From IMG/VR virus record IMGVR_UViG_3300046804_006785: a stretch of DNA of 64,000 nucleotides. The stretch is one strand, 5' to 3'. This document shows, piece after piece, positions 19,401-24,390 of the stretch. The notes beneath the pieces are model-generated. The model did not search any database. It was not told the origin of the DNA and worked only from the letters and a program-made list of their open reading frames with translations. Source of the DNA: a virus. The position numbers and the translations under genes were made by a program. The number at the start of each line of letters is the position of its first letter. The stretch's first letter is position 1.

Positions 19401-20613
19401 TCCTTCTAGATTGTTAGAAAGAGCGCAGTTTATCCAGGATTCATTTAAGGGTGTACAAGAGTCTAGAAGTTCTCTACTTAAAGCCTATGGTCTTGATTTT
19501 AGTGCTGAGAAGATAGATAAGCAATTGGCTATTAATAATCAACAGATGGAATTTGCTAAAGCTACGCTTCAGTTAGATGATTTTATTAGAAAGAACGCTG
19601 AAGCTACGGAAGCTAATAAGTTAACCAATGAACAGATTAATACTTTACAGGAAAATCTCAAGCTGACTAACGAGGCAAAACTAGACGCTATTAAACTACA
19701 ATTCTCTGAGTTAGGAACTGTGGTTAAAGGTGTCACAAGTAGCTTTAGAGGTGGTTTTAAGGAGTTTCTATTAAGTACAAAAGGATTTGGTGAGTCCGTA
19801 AGTGATCTATTTAACTCTATTATGAAAGGTTTCCTTGATCCTCTAGCTGATATGGCATCTAAACGCATGACTGATGCTCTATTTGGCTGGACTGAGGGAT
19901 TGTTTGGAAATAAAAAGAAAGATGAAAAACCAACTGATGGTATAAATGCTGTTAAAGGTTTAGCTGATTTGAGTGTTGGTGCTAATGGACTCAACCTGGC
20001 AGGTATGACATTAAACCAAGCTGGGCAAATGTTGATGCAAGCTGCTTTAACATTAAGTAGTCAAACTGTGGCAAACACAGCAATGGACGCGGGTGGTGAT
20101 ATTTTTAGCAGTCTTCTTGGTGGCACTTTTGATATTCTCTCTGGTTCTGTGTTTAATGCCAATTCTATGGGATTTAATCCTACGCCTGGATTATTTGATG
20201 CTATTCCCACAGATTTTGGTGTTGCAACTTTACCAATGTTTGCTGATGGCGGGATAGTTGGGGTAATGAATAAGGAGCGTTCTATTACCGGACGCAAGCC
20301 TCACTTAATAGTTGCTTCTGAAGGTGAACGGGTTCTTAACCACAGAGAAACTGCTATTTGGAATAAGTTGCAAAGCGGTGTGGCTGGGTTTGCTAATGGT
20401 GGTGTTGTAGGTGCAGGTGGTAACGGTAGTATGGCATCTAAGATTGGCAATACGACAACTATAAATGTTCCTGTAAGTGTTGAGGTTGGCAGTGATTCTG
20501 AAGTTGATACCTACAGACTGTCACAGGCTGTACAAGCGATGGTATCAGATGGTATTCGTCGGGAAATGAGAGTAGGCGGTTCTATTAATCGTGGTAATCC
20601 TTACAACAGATAA
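4414..20613 (+). CDS. Giant tape measure protein (5399 aa) with M23 peptidase-, Tlde1/YkuD-like, class A beta-lactamase-fold and lysozyme-like domains
   Basis: N-terminal MNLGELIVEL, repeated I.SPS..M motifs, tape-measure core (KGKLSMEELRQQLGE), C-terminal FADGG/EGERVL motifs; enzymatic motifs at about 16.0-18.5 kb. Confidence 0.9.
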   Translation: MNLGELIVELCADTAQLEKSLEQAKKKAYEAAASIEKSFDKINLEINVDDDSLADLNKHLNLKVQHLKEVNKYFNNNPIVVNVDDDQLVDLNKHLHTKVQHLKEVNKYFNSNPITVNTDVTKLDELEQRLGNLSSKTITITVESDLSKQLEKSLTDAVQSAVRDAVSEQSATSQQQSQRESAPSNRPQRVDVVASPMRSIVDGLFEGVGKKLTKGLDRSIEDAVGVNMDTMTRISGNMLLRYFGVGKKAQSDPKNEQKRVETIVKDGVSAFIRSHDGKTGKGGTGRGRTARPSGDDDLGVDFDSVSRIASNSTLRYFGVGKKAQSDPKNQQAKLKAIIEDAIREYSGRDIGQDNSGVISRTFSEINTAFSDSINISVESIAQRAKLATIRQVRKSASSVTQNSSSGVQNAVSGFFDAAESGESGAITKYIGQGLASQSKKTVEAVFSKIFPNVSSSIKGLLGTGLPNQTSAPVVKSSSDTLREAATDLKNAAKALSEATINLGSATNTVKSLPSNKATDSSVINTTLNDSLPLPKQLPAKENKVPLPLPAKKRELEPIPVNIPEQIKPLFQTIQSEIVKNIDISQGYKDATAAENKLIPLPPVSSDKTANTKKYAQTSLDEIDKALTSIKKYFADEYKRIQAKVKQATTVGTHEEIKSARAEVTTFVKKSREAVATVDRFVKTGEDAGFSKDINSELSAIHSKGKAPIARNASSAEKLEGKLNLADKKLFDQQLKGYTELATVYGVEIPRGLQNGIKHGAGGVSDAARVMLDDFIKVVQTKMQIQSPSWLMFEMGLMITSGLFLGMQKGNSKVAQGARQIVSTVTDIVGAVKTFADPALGAASVIPGLTSISTYGSAGLSATDTGLKILGKVGERHAANPSETLFQSVGGSAKDFVNSIVADKTLTTPRAAFDHTINIAKAGALGLGANPMTVSAVDAAQAGMTALLRNSAITKAVTQAHGQTKAKLQADTSLDYMSTFKSVLNDNLKDLKLSKSEIVRAISSVMKVVPTGLGTGANSNFATAGYGVDAVVDTLSVPLDLYRKSKSKSKSKVGQGLPVKDAIASSVADYGAPQGIANVVGSLGAKLHSPLNNFIKIGKQTNEGLSQGILSTVALSSKAINTTGDAIQNQIKQNMGISSPSKVMIALGVMIASGLAIGIKQGAVDVSGASKFLTNEVDKIEYTIDKTLALAYLSLPQKFRNKIDSLAFNYQLHKPDVAKEVANKSSAVGESFKGIGESDQSNNPLVGLLSAIKKDFGNNTVLGNLFNSVKSAFSKGGSLKDIGINLITSFGQGFLSANGGVLGIVTKFATGILSTIKRIFGIASPSKVMLEMGLDFGEGFEDGAVAALVLANKRIADLMVKTVNESKTATESQKALVANYAANIDAYHQTISKGYREGKYNKSKDLNVAQDLADGVREGKSMAVDLGLPNVKTNISSILQQSKRAVNSLPEDYEAQNVKNNLATTGGKNSDVLARQKKLYANIRRLRLQAPSQSSSIGTDASELARLQQELTQARKDSLNSDASVRLKESKRLFDMYSLQFNNLNEAKQKAESELLLPSKGLARLFNTGKRKQKQQEIADYTQGIELVQAKLKEASENYQKERQLNEQNRENLKRASEAFYAQYNKVPLIPTTSEPFAPITGASKTVRRLVRKSKQHQIPDPQNSPVQETLTNLASTVQQTQQTRPHLSTRTQATQPYPPIRINLNALMAGNMSRLFDRYSQIPDPWSTAPGSGVINFPAPQIPQPNTTSQLGQFIVYHARSWPQSTTINQPFNPSPRPVPPVPPVPPVPPRPVPPVPPVPPRPVPPSPPSPPSPPTPPIPPVPPTPPIPPVPPTPPIPPVPPTPPIPPVPPTMMSQYLSLGKDLITNLFTAVGDSVRQSTLSGYASLGQVMRNAVNAALFSLADTLKQPLYQGLLSQSRSIMPWFMKFIPKTLQLVPMLKPLIPVLGGLTLGLGNAIIKNLLNNDVLKPGGFLTKLLSSVTRIDLSSLSGQKTHGIIGGISRMLNPIPSMFPLPPVAGVGMGGSMLGMFGMFMNTFGGILGLDQSLRSNPRNQAPTVERVLQEQTAANRKKAGLGNAKGTKASQQLIENLGNTAIDSVLENLNIPMIPTSVIQGLTGNKLKQQSGTIVEVINSLGVQRSRTEQLLERTVKSGRTNVSKRTEILTKQALKERGIDAKTRDSMTTDELARARQNIIGKPLALTDNERKLMLAMGNVQDSGIPLSPKQAQRLDILTAKVLKERGQIKDFQKIRQAGGLDTFRQDLVNNPRTGKFVGRLTEAYAGNDQEAMKGLLLEGLRKAGMSSQQLKNIDPKLLDTATAGLMASLTGLQAKFKEKGFDMGKSIAQGFKDSVRNLANAKDDLEYNAKKALGQANFGDAVGVIFKRMSRGTVATQDQFKEMYNQMGSGVKKVLFSDPKKADATFPNVLQFMGSIAATLAPVTSLFASLSPLFLPLAPIIGGIGAAVSMVSPHVAKLMDGIQRVEILQRRFTFLGGSKAGGEAEFKYAKDIANKMNVPSETAANAYSQLAIAAKDSKMEGQGVKDLFEGITASLSTLGIGGHDASLVFMAYTQILAKGKLSMEELRQQLGEKFPPAMGVFAKAMGVSVPEMNALISSGSVLSQDILPKVAKVLKQDYGNSAASQAGGLVVALNKLGNVGFEITTIFTDKLGGTLGFFVSTFADGLSLFSKSLGALIPLGQSFAIGFAATIGIGLTVIMTKFKPLVTLLGSLQNLLMATFSVVATNMMPMIIGVTADVADNWLGAEKDMIANMKDGITNMVVATFSTIDSVMRSMSDGNVSFSSMFGSLVQGAEQAGNMIDWLKGVFSGFFKVIPPGFIELLAMVFMFEQGAGLMTMALAPAFKGFFGALTGMLGGAAKAFVGVMTSMKVASELMMTSMGAAITASEARIKIFSATLGFLRTALTHIGVAFAILMFSKGDFSNPMGDSLKEATKELNNGLTEIRANVQKTADSFDKATNNVKKLGGSLADTLPSKGVQLDIRSFWGGGDFKWDDAVKARNKGQANPVMDFLGVGALGAAGAGAAYAAGVGLASATTAASMAASAATVSNAALLASGASGPLMAIPLMGKLAMAVAPAVAAFAPVVLAVAGLAAAITLATKALDLFAPKLTKKQKEFLKKPENKGINSYFDTEDPNARLTNAQQQVIKYFEDQDKNIQNLKEFASSQGFTGKPSDFVADIKPLTTDQQKIFNTDKQISNLNKQIEDNNNRRLAVLADAKARGASPQEIKDIQNSANFKNLENQSKEKRNAVALAAAVFQIGDSPEVRKTLGDIDGQIAKKQAQLEKLQEESEKVKNINLLALGGEPGASFASSPAYSNEISNVENELKVLEAQKGNQANLIKASIQRAFDFKEIKNIDKQLDAATKRSVELNKALPSDKVRKEQGEVKQLIQQLYKKREDLVNSFGSPLPMLERLLKQQEEYKQKLISGAVEDVQGNLIPAAVQKTQAQINQLKTMIAGVKPFDVRPMEEALYTQATNAVKDANTRFERATSANRIKSNLSQAKIYASSGTAQQIAPELSNIQLADLSSQRTLLTEKINSDQAALDKISQVIVAGGTNLNEAQAEFDKLRGDITKDREALAQNAQEMAKAQRDMKQALIDQTKQVAEYYRASVREAQAVSIEFQKAQKTLEGSRMQNKLREALIGAGDNIYTQFIEGLINIISQTTEMEKRQLDAKKQEIDYQNNIDDIKLRASELQRSLPGKIVPFDENKIKEFDDQLRTVQGSVVGINSDVQEVVKSLGQDAVTATNGLNDAFKGLGDTVTGVGTKLDLTLGKLNQATNENTSSDWAGNILNTVGRVFGGITSAVSSAITQPTTQDAAATTPATPATPATTVTPTVANQFTSPIKNTTIQDLINYKPTFGQSVMGNRPKGRIHNKVDFDSRVKGGAGAEVIASLAGVAKLQKWGGQDAAVFVNSILPSGTQITIEYGHLALNSIKNTLGDLSKPVQVQAGQKLGNVLGHHLDFGVKANGRYINPQVFLANLAKGDYGAIASQPPATAKTKANTVTPASQSKGESVIRMQRLGQKDEFGLEKIQLAVIKQGKLIDRFIVNSGKADTQIFGGAGETKAGSKQPVEFGSYRLGKTTPSGNKAKMGNEFIRLEPDFKTERTAIGFHIDKDRLVDPGSSGCIVFANEAEFNKFKQALKSTGIKSFVFDQSVGAVEIAKNVASQVKPLPKSGNRAFDASNIVSKNKLQSLVVQELSTGRLLGSINSNVSPVSSASTVKLIVADLMTDAINQGTATLQETLTIKPGEVAQWSAINKSGQKRRISELLTQMIVKSDNTAANVLINRLGGLDKLNQLAAAKGYTNTKFNKYFLLPGEDTKKGNVSTAGDVTSAARELLVTNSPSDKLAADALKKTRNFKYQGEVGGKIGNNSKIIGNVGVVSINGKLYLVTAFANTNGNDLTNRKFITNATNDVVKQIQGMQSSELQTIPTQAKPRRKRLPVPILPPVPGTIGIKNSSGISQGGNDLSSEEYAKLTPLGKQLYELRKNKYILALANAVANAEGSDFRKNTRNFGYGLTIGGENVTDFSKHPYVGTGRKPTWIKAINDASTAAGRYQMMNFNASIQAAKKQFGKNAMPDMFKLTDYQGQDQPSFSPGMQDLYFTYSLKSRGVLDQVLAGKVDTSVLNKLAQHYASIQSGKDKSAYFGQGAPQGQHSNFLKTYRENLNRLNELVNTGGTLTPDKMQSSVTYATNLKFHTADGQNAANLMNTEAQELTDRAQQLLGLYRLLRQSTESMFQIQSSMKDTDLDIWKTIREGLSPNMSNVERFLIGYQELIRSLEKKREALEKTVRDTQGVIDNEKLLKAAFVASLEKFPDSPEQALNAINTNNEVFKTTVRQNIQAKKALAELNQNTPKILEARVDQFNKEEISRRTGVTLQTEKLRISLLQKQVEQRKLLQQLNPLDPRSARTADLEANLALLNTENEYKEKLNAITNEENSRSISSEEAKKRRDYVKEEFELNKQNIELKQKNDRIAENANIPSRLLERAQFIQDSFKGVQESRSSLLKAYGLDFSAEKIDKQLAINNQQMEFAKATLQLDDFIRKNAEATEANKLTNEQINTLQENLKLTNEAKLDAIKLQFSELGTVVKGVTSSFRGGFKEFLLSTKGFGESVSDLFNSIMKGFLDPLADMASKRMTDALFGWTEGLFGNKKKDEKPTDGINAVKGLADLSVGANGLNLAGMTLNQAGQMLMQAALTLSSQTVANTAMDAGGDIFSSLLGGTFDILSGSVFNANSMGFNPTPGLFDAIPTDFGVATLPMFADGGIVGVMNKERSITGRKPHLIVASEGERVLNHRETAIWNKLQSGVAGFANGGVVGAGGNGSMASKIGNTTTINVPVSVEVGSDSEVDTYRLSQAVQAMVSDGIRREMRVGGSINRGNPYNR
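9733..9966 (+). repeat. Pro-rich coding tandem repeats (PVP/PRPVP/PTPPIPPV) inside tape measure gene
   Basis: Repeated CCTGTACCT and 27-nt CCCACACC-CC-ATACCTCCAGTACC-type units. Confidence 0.9.
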
Positions 20614-20637
20614 TATATCTAAATCAACATAAAAAAT

Positions 20638-20671
20638 TGCAGTCAACTAATCATAGCTGACTGCTTTTTTT
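20638..20671 (+). terminator. Intrinsic (probably bidirectional) terminator after tape measure gene
   Basis: GCAGTCAACTA/TAGCTGACTGC stem followed by T run and preceded by A run, between convergent genes. Confidence 0.75.
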
Positions 20672-20709
20672 GAGATTAAAAAGATGGTTCTCATATTCTA
20701 CTACAAATA

Positions 20710-20880
20710 TTAATCATCATCGGGTTCAGCTAATATTAAATTAGCTAATTCTGGTATAGGCGGATTATCTATGAACTCTTTAAGGATGTTTTCTACTACA
20801 TCTGTATTTAAAGTTAATTCTGTCATCAGATCGCCTATGGGTGGTAATGTTTCAGGTTTGGGAGTGAATTTAGTGGTCAT
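20710..20880 (-). CDS. Small acidic hypothetical protein (56 aa), not in ORF track
   Basis: Own translation MTTKFTPKPETLPPIGDLMTEL...LAEPDDD*; overlaps end of upstream ORF. Confidence 0.5.
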   Translation of the reverse strand: MTTKFTPKPETLPPIGDLMTELTLNTDVVENILKEFIDNPPIPELANLILAEPDDD

Positions 20881-21052
20881 TTTTTTCCTTATCTGCTACT
20901 GCTAATCCGGCACTACCTGATGCTAAAGCTAAGGAAATATTGAACGCGCCACTGCTTTTTGCATCGGATAAATTAGGAGCATACACTACTGCTAAGGCTA
21001 GTATAGTACTAAGCGCGGCAAATATTCCCGGTAATACTGTGGTGTTTTTCAT
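20870..21052 (-). CDS. Small membrane protein, holin-like
   Basis: ATGA-coupled to portal stop; MKNTTVLPGIFAALSTILALAVVY..., two hydrophobic segments and charged C-terminus. Confidence 0.45.
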   Translation of the reverse strand: MKNTTVLPGIFAALSTILALAVVYAPNLSDAKSSGAFNISLALASGSAGLAVADKEKNDH

Positions 21053-22959
21053 AGTTTTGGCATCATTAGTGAGTTTGAGTAGTATTTTACGCATTTACAA
21101 TTAGACTTACATTGACAGTTTTCTCCAGGGTTAGGCAGTGTACCAATTTGCGCCCATCCCATCCCAGTATAACGAATACAATCATCACAGCTATGGTTTG
21201 CTGCTATTACTCTACGTTCCCATAAATAACCATTGCGCTTGTGTCCTTCTAGTCTGCCACGTTCTTTAAAGTGATTAGTTTTGTTATAGTACATTTTTAT
21301 ACGCGCTTCTATCTGTGCTTCAGATAGATTGCCTCTTAAAATATCTCGTGAAAATCTACGCAGATATTGATATTCAAGATTTAATTGACCATTAATTAAT
21401 GAGTAGTCCTGCCAGTCCATCTGTTTTGCTCCACCTATACCTAATGCATATTGATAGATAGCTAAACTTCTTAGTAGTTCTGCTGTTTGCCGTTCCCATC
21501 TAGCAACGTTAATTTTTCCAGAAAATAAGGCGTTATTCACAACTTCGCCTAGTTCTAAATGATCTTTAATCGCTTGTTCTGTTAACTGCTCTATCTGACT
21601 TTCCTTAACAAACCGACCTTTCTTAGAACCGTTGGCATAGTGATAACGTTGGCTTTTTTTGTTCCAAGTAAAGTTAGTAGATTCTTGGTTCTTGGACTTA
21701 GTTAATAAGTCAGGTTGATACTTTTTTTGGCTGGTTTCCACCTCCTCTATAGGTGCTTCTTCTAAGGCTGTGATATTTGCTAATGCTCTCATTTTATTGA
21801 GTACATCTAAATCATATTTGCTGAAAGTTCCAGTAGTTACACAATTATTAATAATGTTTAATAATGCGATTGTATCTGTATTATCTTCTGTGACAAGAGG
21901 AAAAGTACCATAGTCGTCTAACTCGCCAAAGTTAAACTCTAACATTGGGCGGATCGCTTGTTCAATTAATGCTTCCCCTACTATCTGCATTTGGGATCTA
22001 GTCACTAATCTAAGAATAGTTTGATGTCCTTCGTTTAGGTTACTATCGCCACTGCTGACCGTGCCTGTTCCTGTAACTGTGCGAGGGACTAGCCAAGCTA
22101 ACATGATCATTGATTCTAAGTAGCCTAAGATATTGGTGAAGAAACTACCGTCCGTTTCATGAGAAATTGCCTCAATCTCATCAGCTAAATCAATTACTGC
22201 ATAGGAATTATTTTTGATATCTTCTAAGTTCCTAGACATGACATAACCCTGATTAAATAATCTTGGCTCACCTGTGTTTGGATCTATATAAGGCTGTCCA
22301 GTTTCAGGGTTAATCATGCTGACAGAATTATTACCAGTATCGGTTTTTCCTACTAACAATTTAGTGGCTTGTCTTTCTGATGCTACAGCCATACAAGCGT
22401 TTATTACTTTTGTTAGTTCCCAGTAAGGATATGCCCGACGGCAAATAGCTACACCGTGAGGATCACTACCTAAAGCGAGATAAGGCTGGTTTACCAAATG
22501 AATCCCATTCTCGTAGGGAATATAGATATTGCTAAATCTTAGATAATTTACCCTACTTATTTGTCCGTTGAATCCTTCAAACCAATAATATCTAGGATCT
22601 ACTGTTCTGATAATGTCTAAGTATGCCTTTCTTTTTTTAATCTTGTAACTCACTTCTGAAAATGACTTACCAAAGGGGATAAATGTCAGCATTTGTGAAA
22701 CGACATTTAACCAACTACCTTCCATTGCGTTGATTGAGTTTCTGACAAAAGTTTGAATATCATGGTCAGGATGTTGATATTTATCTAGCATAGAAACACC
22801 CAGCAATATTCGCAGGTCATTAGCCGCGCTGGCTACTGGTGAATCTTTTAACATCTCTACATAAGTATTAGCTATGTTTCTATCAGACTGTTGTACCATC
22901 CCGATCCAAGTTGATACTAATGCTTGGACTTTAGGGGAAAGAATATTAGTGTTTAACAT
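21049..22959 (-). CDS. Portal protein (DUF935/Mu gp29-like) with C-terminal head-morphogenesis-like Cys-rich domain
   Basis: FGKSFSEV, DPHG.AI.R..Y..W, EQAIRPMLEFNFG motifs; C-terminal HSCDDC...CQCKSNCKC. Confidence 0.75.
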   Translation of the reverse strand: MLNTNILSPKVQALVSTWIGMVQQSDRNIANTYVEMLKDSPVASAANDLRILLGVSMLDKYQHPDHDIQTFVRNSINAMEGSWLNVVSQMLTFIPFGKSFSEVSYKIKKRKAYLDIIRTVDPRYYWFEGFNGQISRVNYLRFSNIYIPYENGIHLVNQPYLALGSDPHGVAICRRAYPYWELTKVINACMAVASERQATKLLVGKTDTGNNSVSMINPETGQPYIDPNTGEPRLFNQGYVMSRNLEDIKNNSYAVIDLADEIEAISHETDGSFFTNILGYLESMIMLAWLVPRTVTGTGTVSSGDSNLNEGHQTILRLVTRSQMQIVGEALIEQAIRPMLEFNFGELDDYGTFPLVTEDNTDTIALLNIINNCVTTGTFSKYDLDVLNKMRALANITALEEAPIEEVETSQKKYQPDLLTKSKNQESTNFTWNKKSQRYHYANGSKKGRFVKESQIEQLTEQAIKDHLELGEVVNNALFSGKINVARWERQTAELLRSLAIYQYALGIGGAKQMDWQDYSLINGQLNLEYQYLRRFSRDILRGNLSEAQIEARIKMYYNKTNHFKERGRLEGHKRNGYLWERRVIAANHSCDDCIRYTGMGWAQIGTLPNPGENCQCKSNCKCVKYYSNSLMMPKL

Positions 22960-23038
22960 ATTTTATTGATTTAACTTTTGTTTTATTGTAGCATTTATCT
23001 ATGTGTGCTATATTTATTAATAGCTAAAAAATGATTCT

Positions 23039-23797
23039 ATGCTAATACCAGACTTACTAAAATTACAAATTAAAACGGCTGCATTAGGGGCAGATAGGGA
23101 AATCTGTGGCATTGTTATTGATGGTAATGCCATTGTTTTAAATAATATACATACTGACCCGGCAAATCATTTTACAATAGCTGCTACTGACCTAGCTGAG
23201 TTTAACTACTCTGATATCACAGCTATTTGGCATACACACCACAAAGATAGTCAGTCGGGGTATTTTACCTATACGGATATTGCATTGGCTCATCAAAGCC
23301 AAAAACCTATTATTCTCTATCATTCAGGTTTTGATGTTTGGGATTATTATGAGGCTAATAACCCAGATCCATTTCCATTAGAGAAAAAAAACTACACACC
23401 ACAACAATTAGAATTTTATTTAAATACTAGATTCCATTGGGGACGGTCGGATTGCTTTGCTATTGTCCGGCGTTATTTGCTGGGAGTTGTGGGTGTGGAT
23501 ATTGGGGAATTTACTAGGACTAATTTAGATAATTTTCCACCTGAAGATTATGACTGTCCTTGGAATATGGATAAATTTAATTTGTTGCCATTAGGAACAC
23601 AACCTCAATTACATGATGTGTTTGGTGTAGCATTGAAAGGTGGTAGAAAGCCAAACCATACAATGGTTATGGTTAAGCCTGAAGAGAATGTCATTTTTCA
23701 CTCTCCGTCAGATGCTACGGTGTCTAGGATTGAACAATATGCCGATTATTGGCGCAGACGAACTCTTTTACATGGGAGATTGAAAGAATTATGCTAA
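23039..23797 (+). CDS. Tail tip assembly protein K-like (JAB/MPN + NlpC/P60)
   Basis: EICG...WHTH...D JAB motif; WGRSDCFAIVR and NH NlpC/P60 motifs. Confidence 0.85.
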   Translation: MLIPDLLKLQIKTAALGADREICGIVIDGNAIVLNNIHTDPANHFTIAATDLAEFNYSDITAIWHTHHKDSQSGYFTYTDIALAHQSQKPIILYHSGFDVWDYYEANNPDPFPLEKKNYTPQQLEFYLNTRFHWGRSDCFAIVRRYLLGVVGVDIGEFTRTNLDNFPPEDYDCPWNMDKFNLLPLGTQPQLHDVFGVALKGGRKPNHTMVMVKPEENVIFHSPSDATVSRIEQYADYWRRRTLLHGRLKELC

Positions 23798-24387
23798 CAA
23801 CTATTAAATTAAATGGTGCTTTAGGTCAGGAATTTTTACCAGAATTGCAAGCGGATGTGCATACGGTTAGAGAAACAATCAACTTTCTATGTTGTTATTT
23901 TGAAAACTTCAAACATTATGTATTAGCTACTGACTGGGTTTACTCAATAGTAGTTAAAGCATCAAATTGGACAAGAGAGGTTGATGAAAATTCCCCGGAA
24001 TTACTCTTACCTATTACAGGACTAACCGTAGAAATTACACCAGCTATTCAAGGATCTGGAGAGGTTGGCAAATTTATTACTAATATTGCCATGATTGGTA
24101 TTGGGGTGGCACTTACTACTATTCCAGGAGTAGGTGCAATAGCTCAAAGTTTCGGTTGGGGCTTGATTATGTCCGGATCAACAGGACTATTACAGTCTAT
24201 TCTTTTTGGTAATCCTAGTGTTAATGAAAAACCTAGTGAAATAATAGATGACCGTCGATCTACTTTTTTCCAAAGTCCTGGGTATACAGTTAAAGAAGGG
24301 ACACCTATACCTTTAGTATTTGGGAGTGTTTTAGTTAAAAATTTTCAAATCTTATCTGTTGAAGTCACGTCTAGTCTAGATAGGTAA
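23791..24387 (+). CDS. Tail assembly protein I-like
   Basis: Start MLTTIKLNGALG at 23791; EGTPIPLVFG motif. Confidence 0.8.
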   Translation: MLTTIKLNGALGQEFLPELQADVHTVRETINFLCCYFENFKHYVLATDWVYSIVVKASNWTREVDENSPELLLPITGLTVEITPAIQGSGEVGKFITNIAMIGIGVALTTIPGVGAIAQSFGWGLIMSGSTGLLQSILFGNPSVNEKPSEIIDDRRSTFFQSPGYTVKEGTPIPLVFGSVLVKNFQILSVEVTSSLDR

Positions 24388-24390
24388 AAT

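Noticed and set aside
6258-20433. Many minus-strand ORFs inside the tape measure gene, including a Gly-rich one at 9669-9941
   Set aside because: Antisense shadows of a strongly coding frame; the Gly-rich ORF mirrors the Pro repeat
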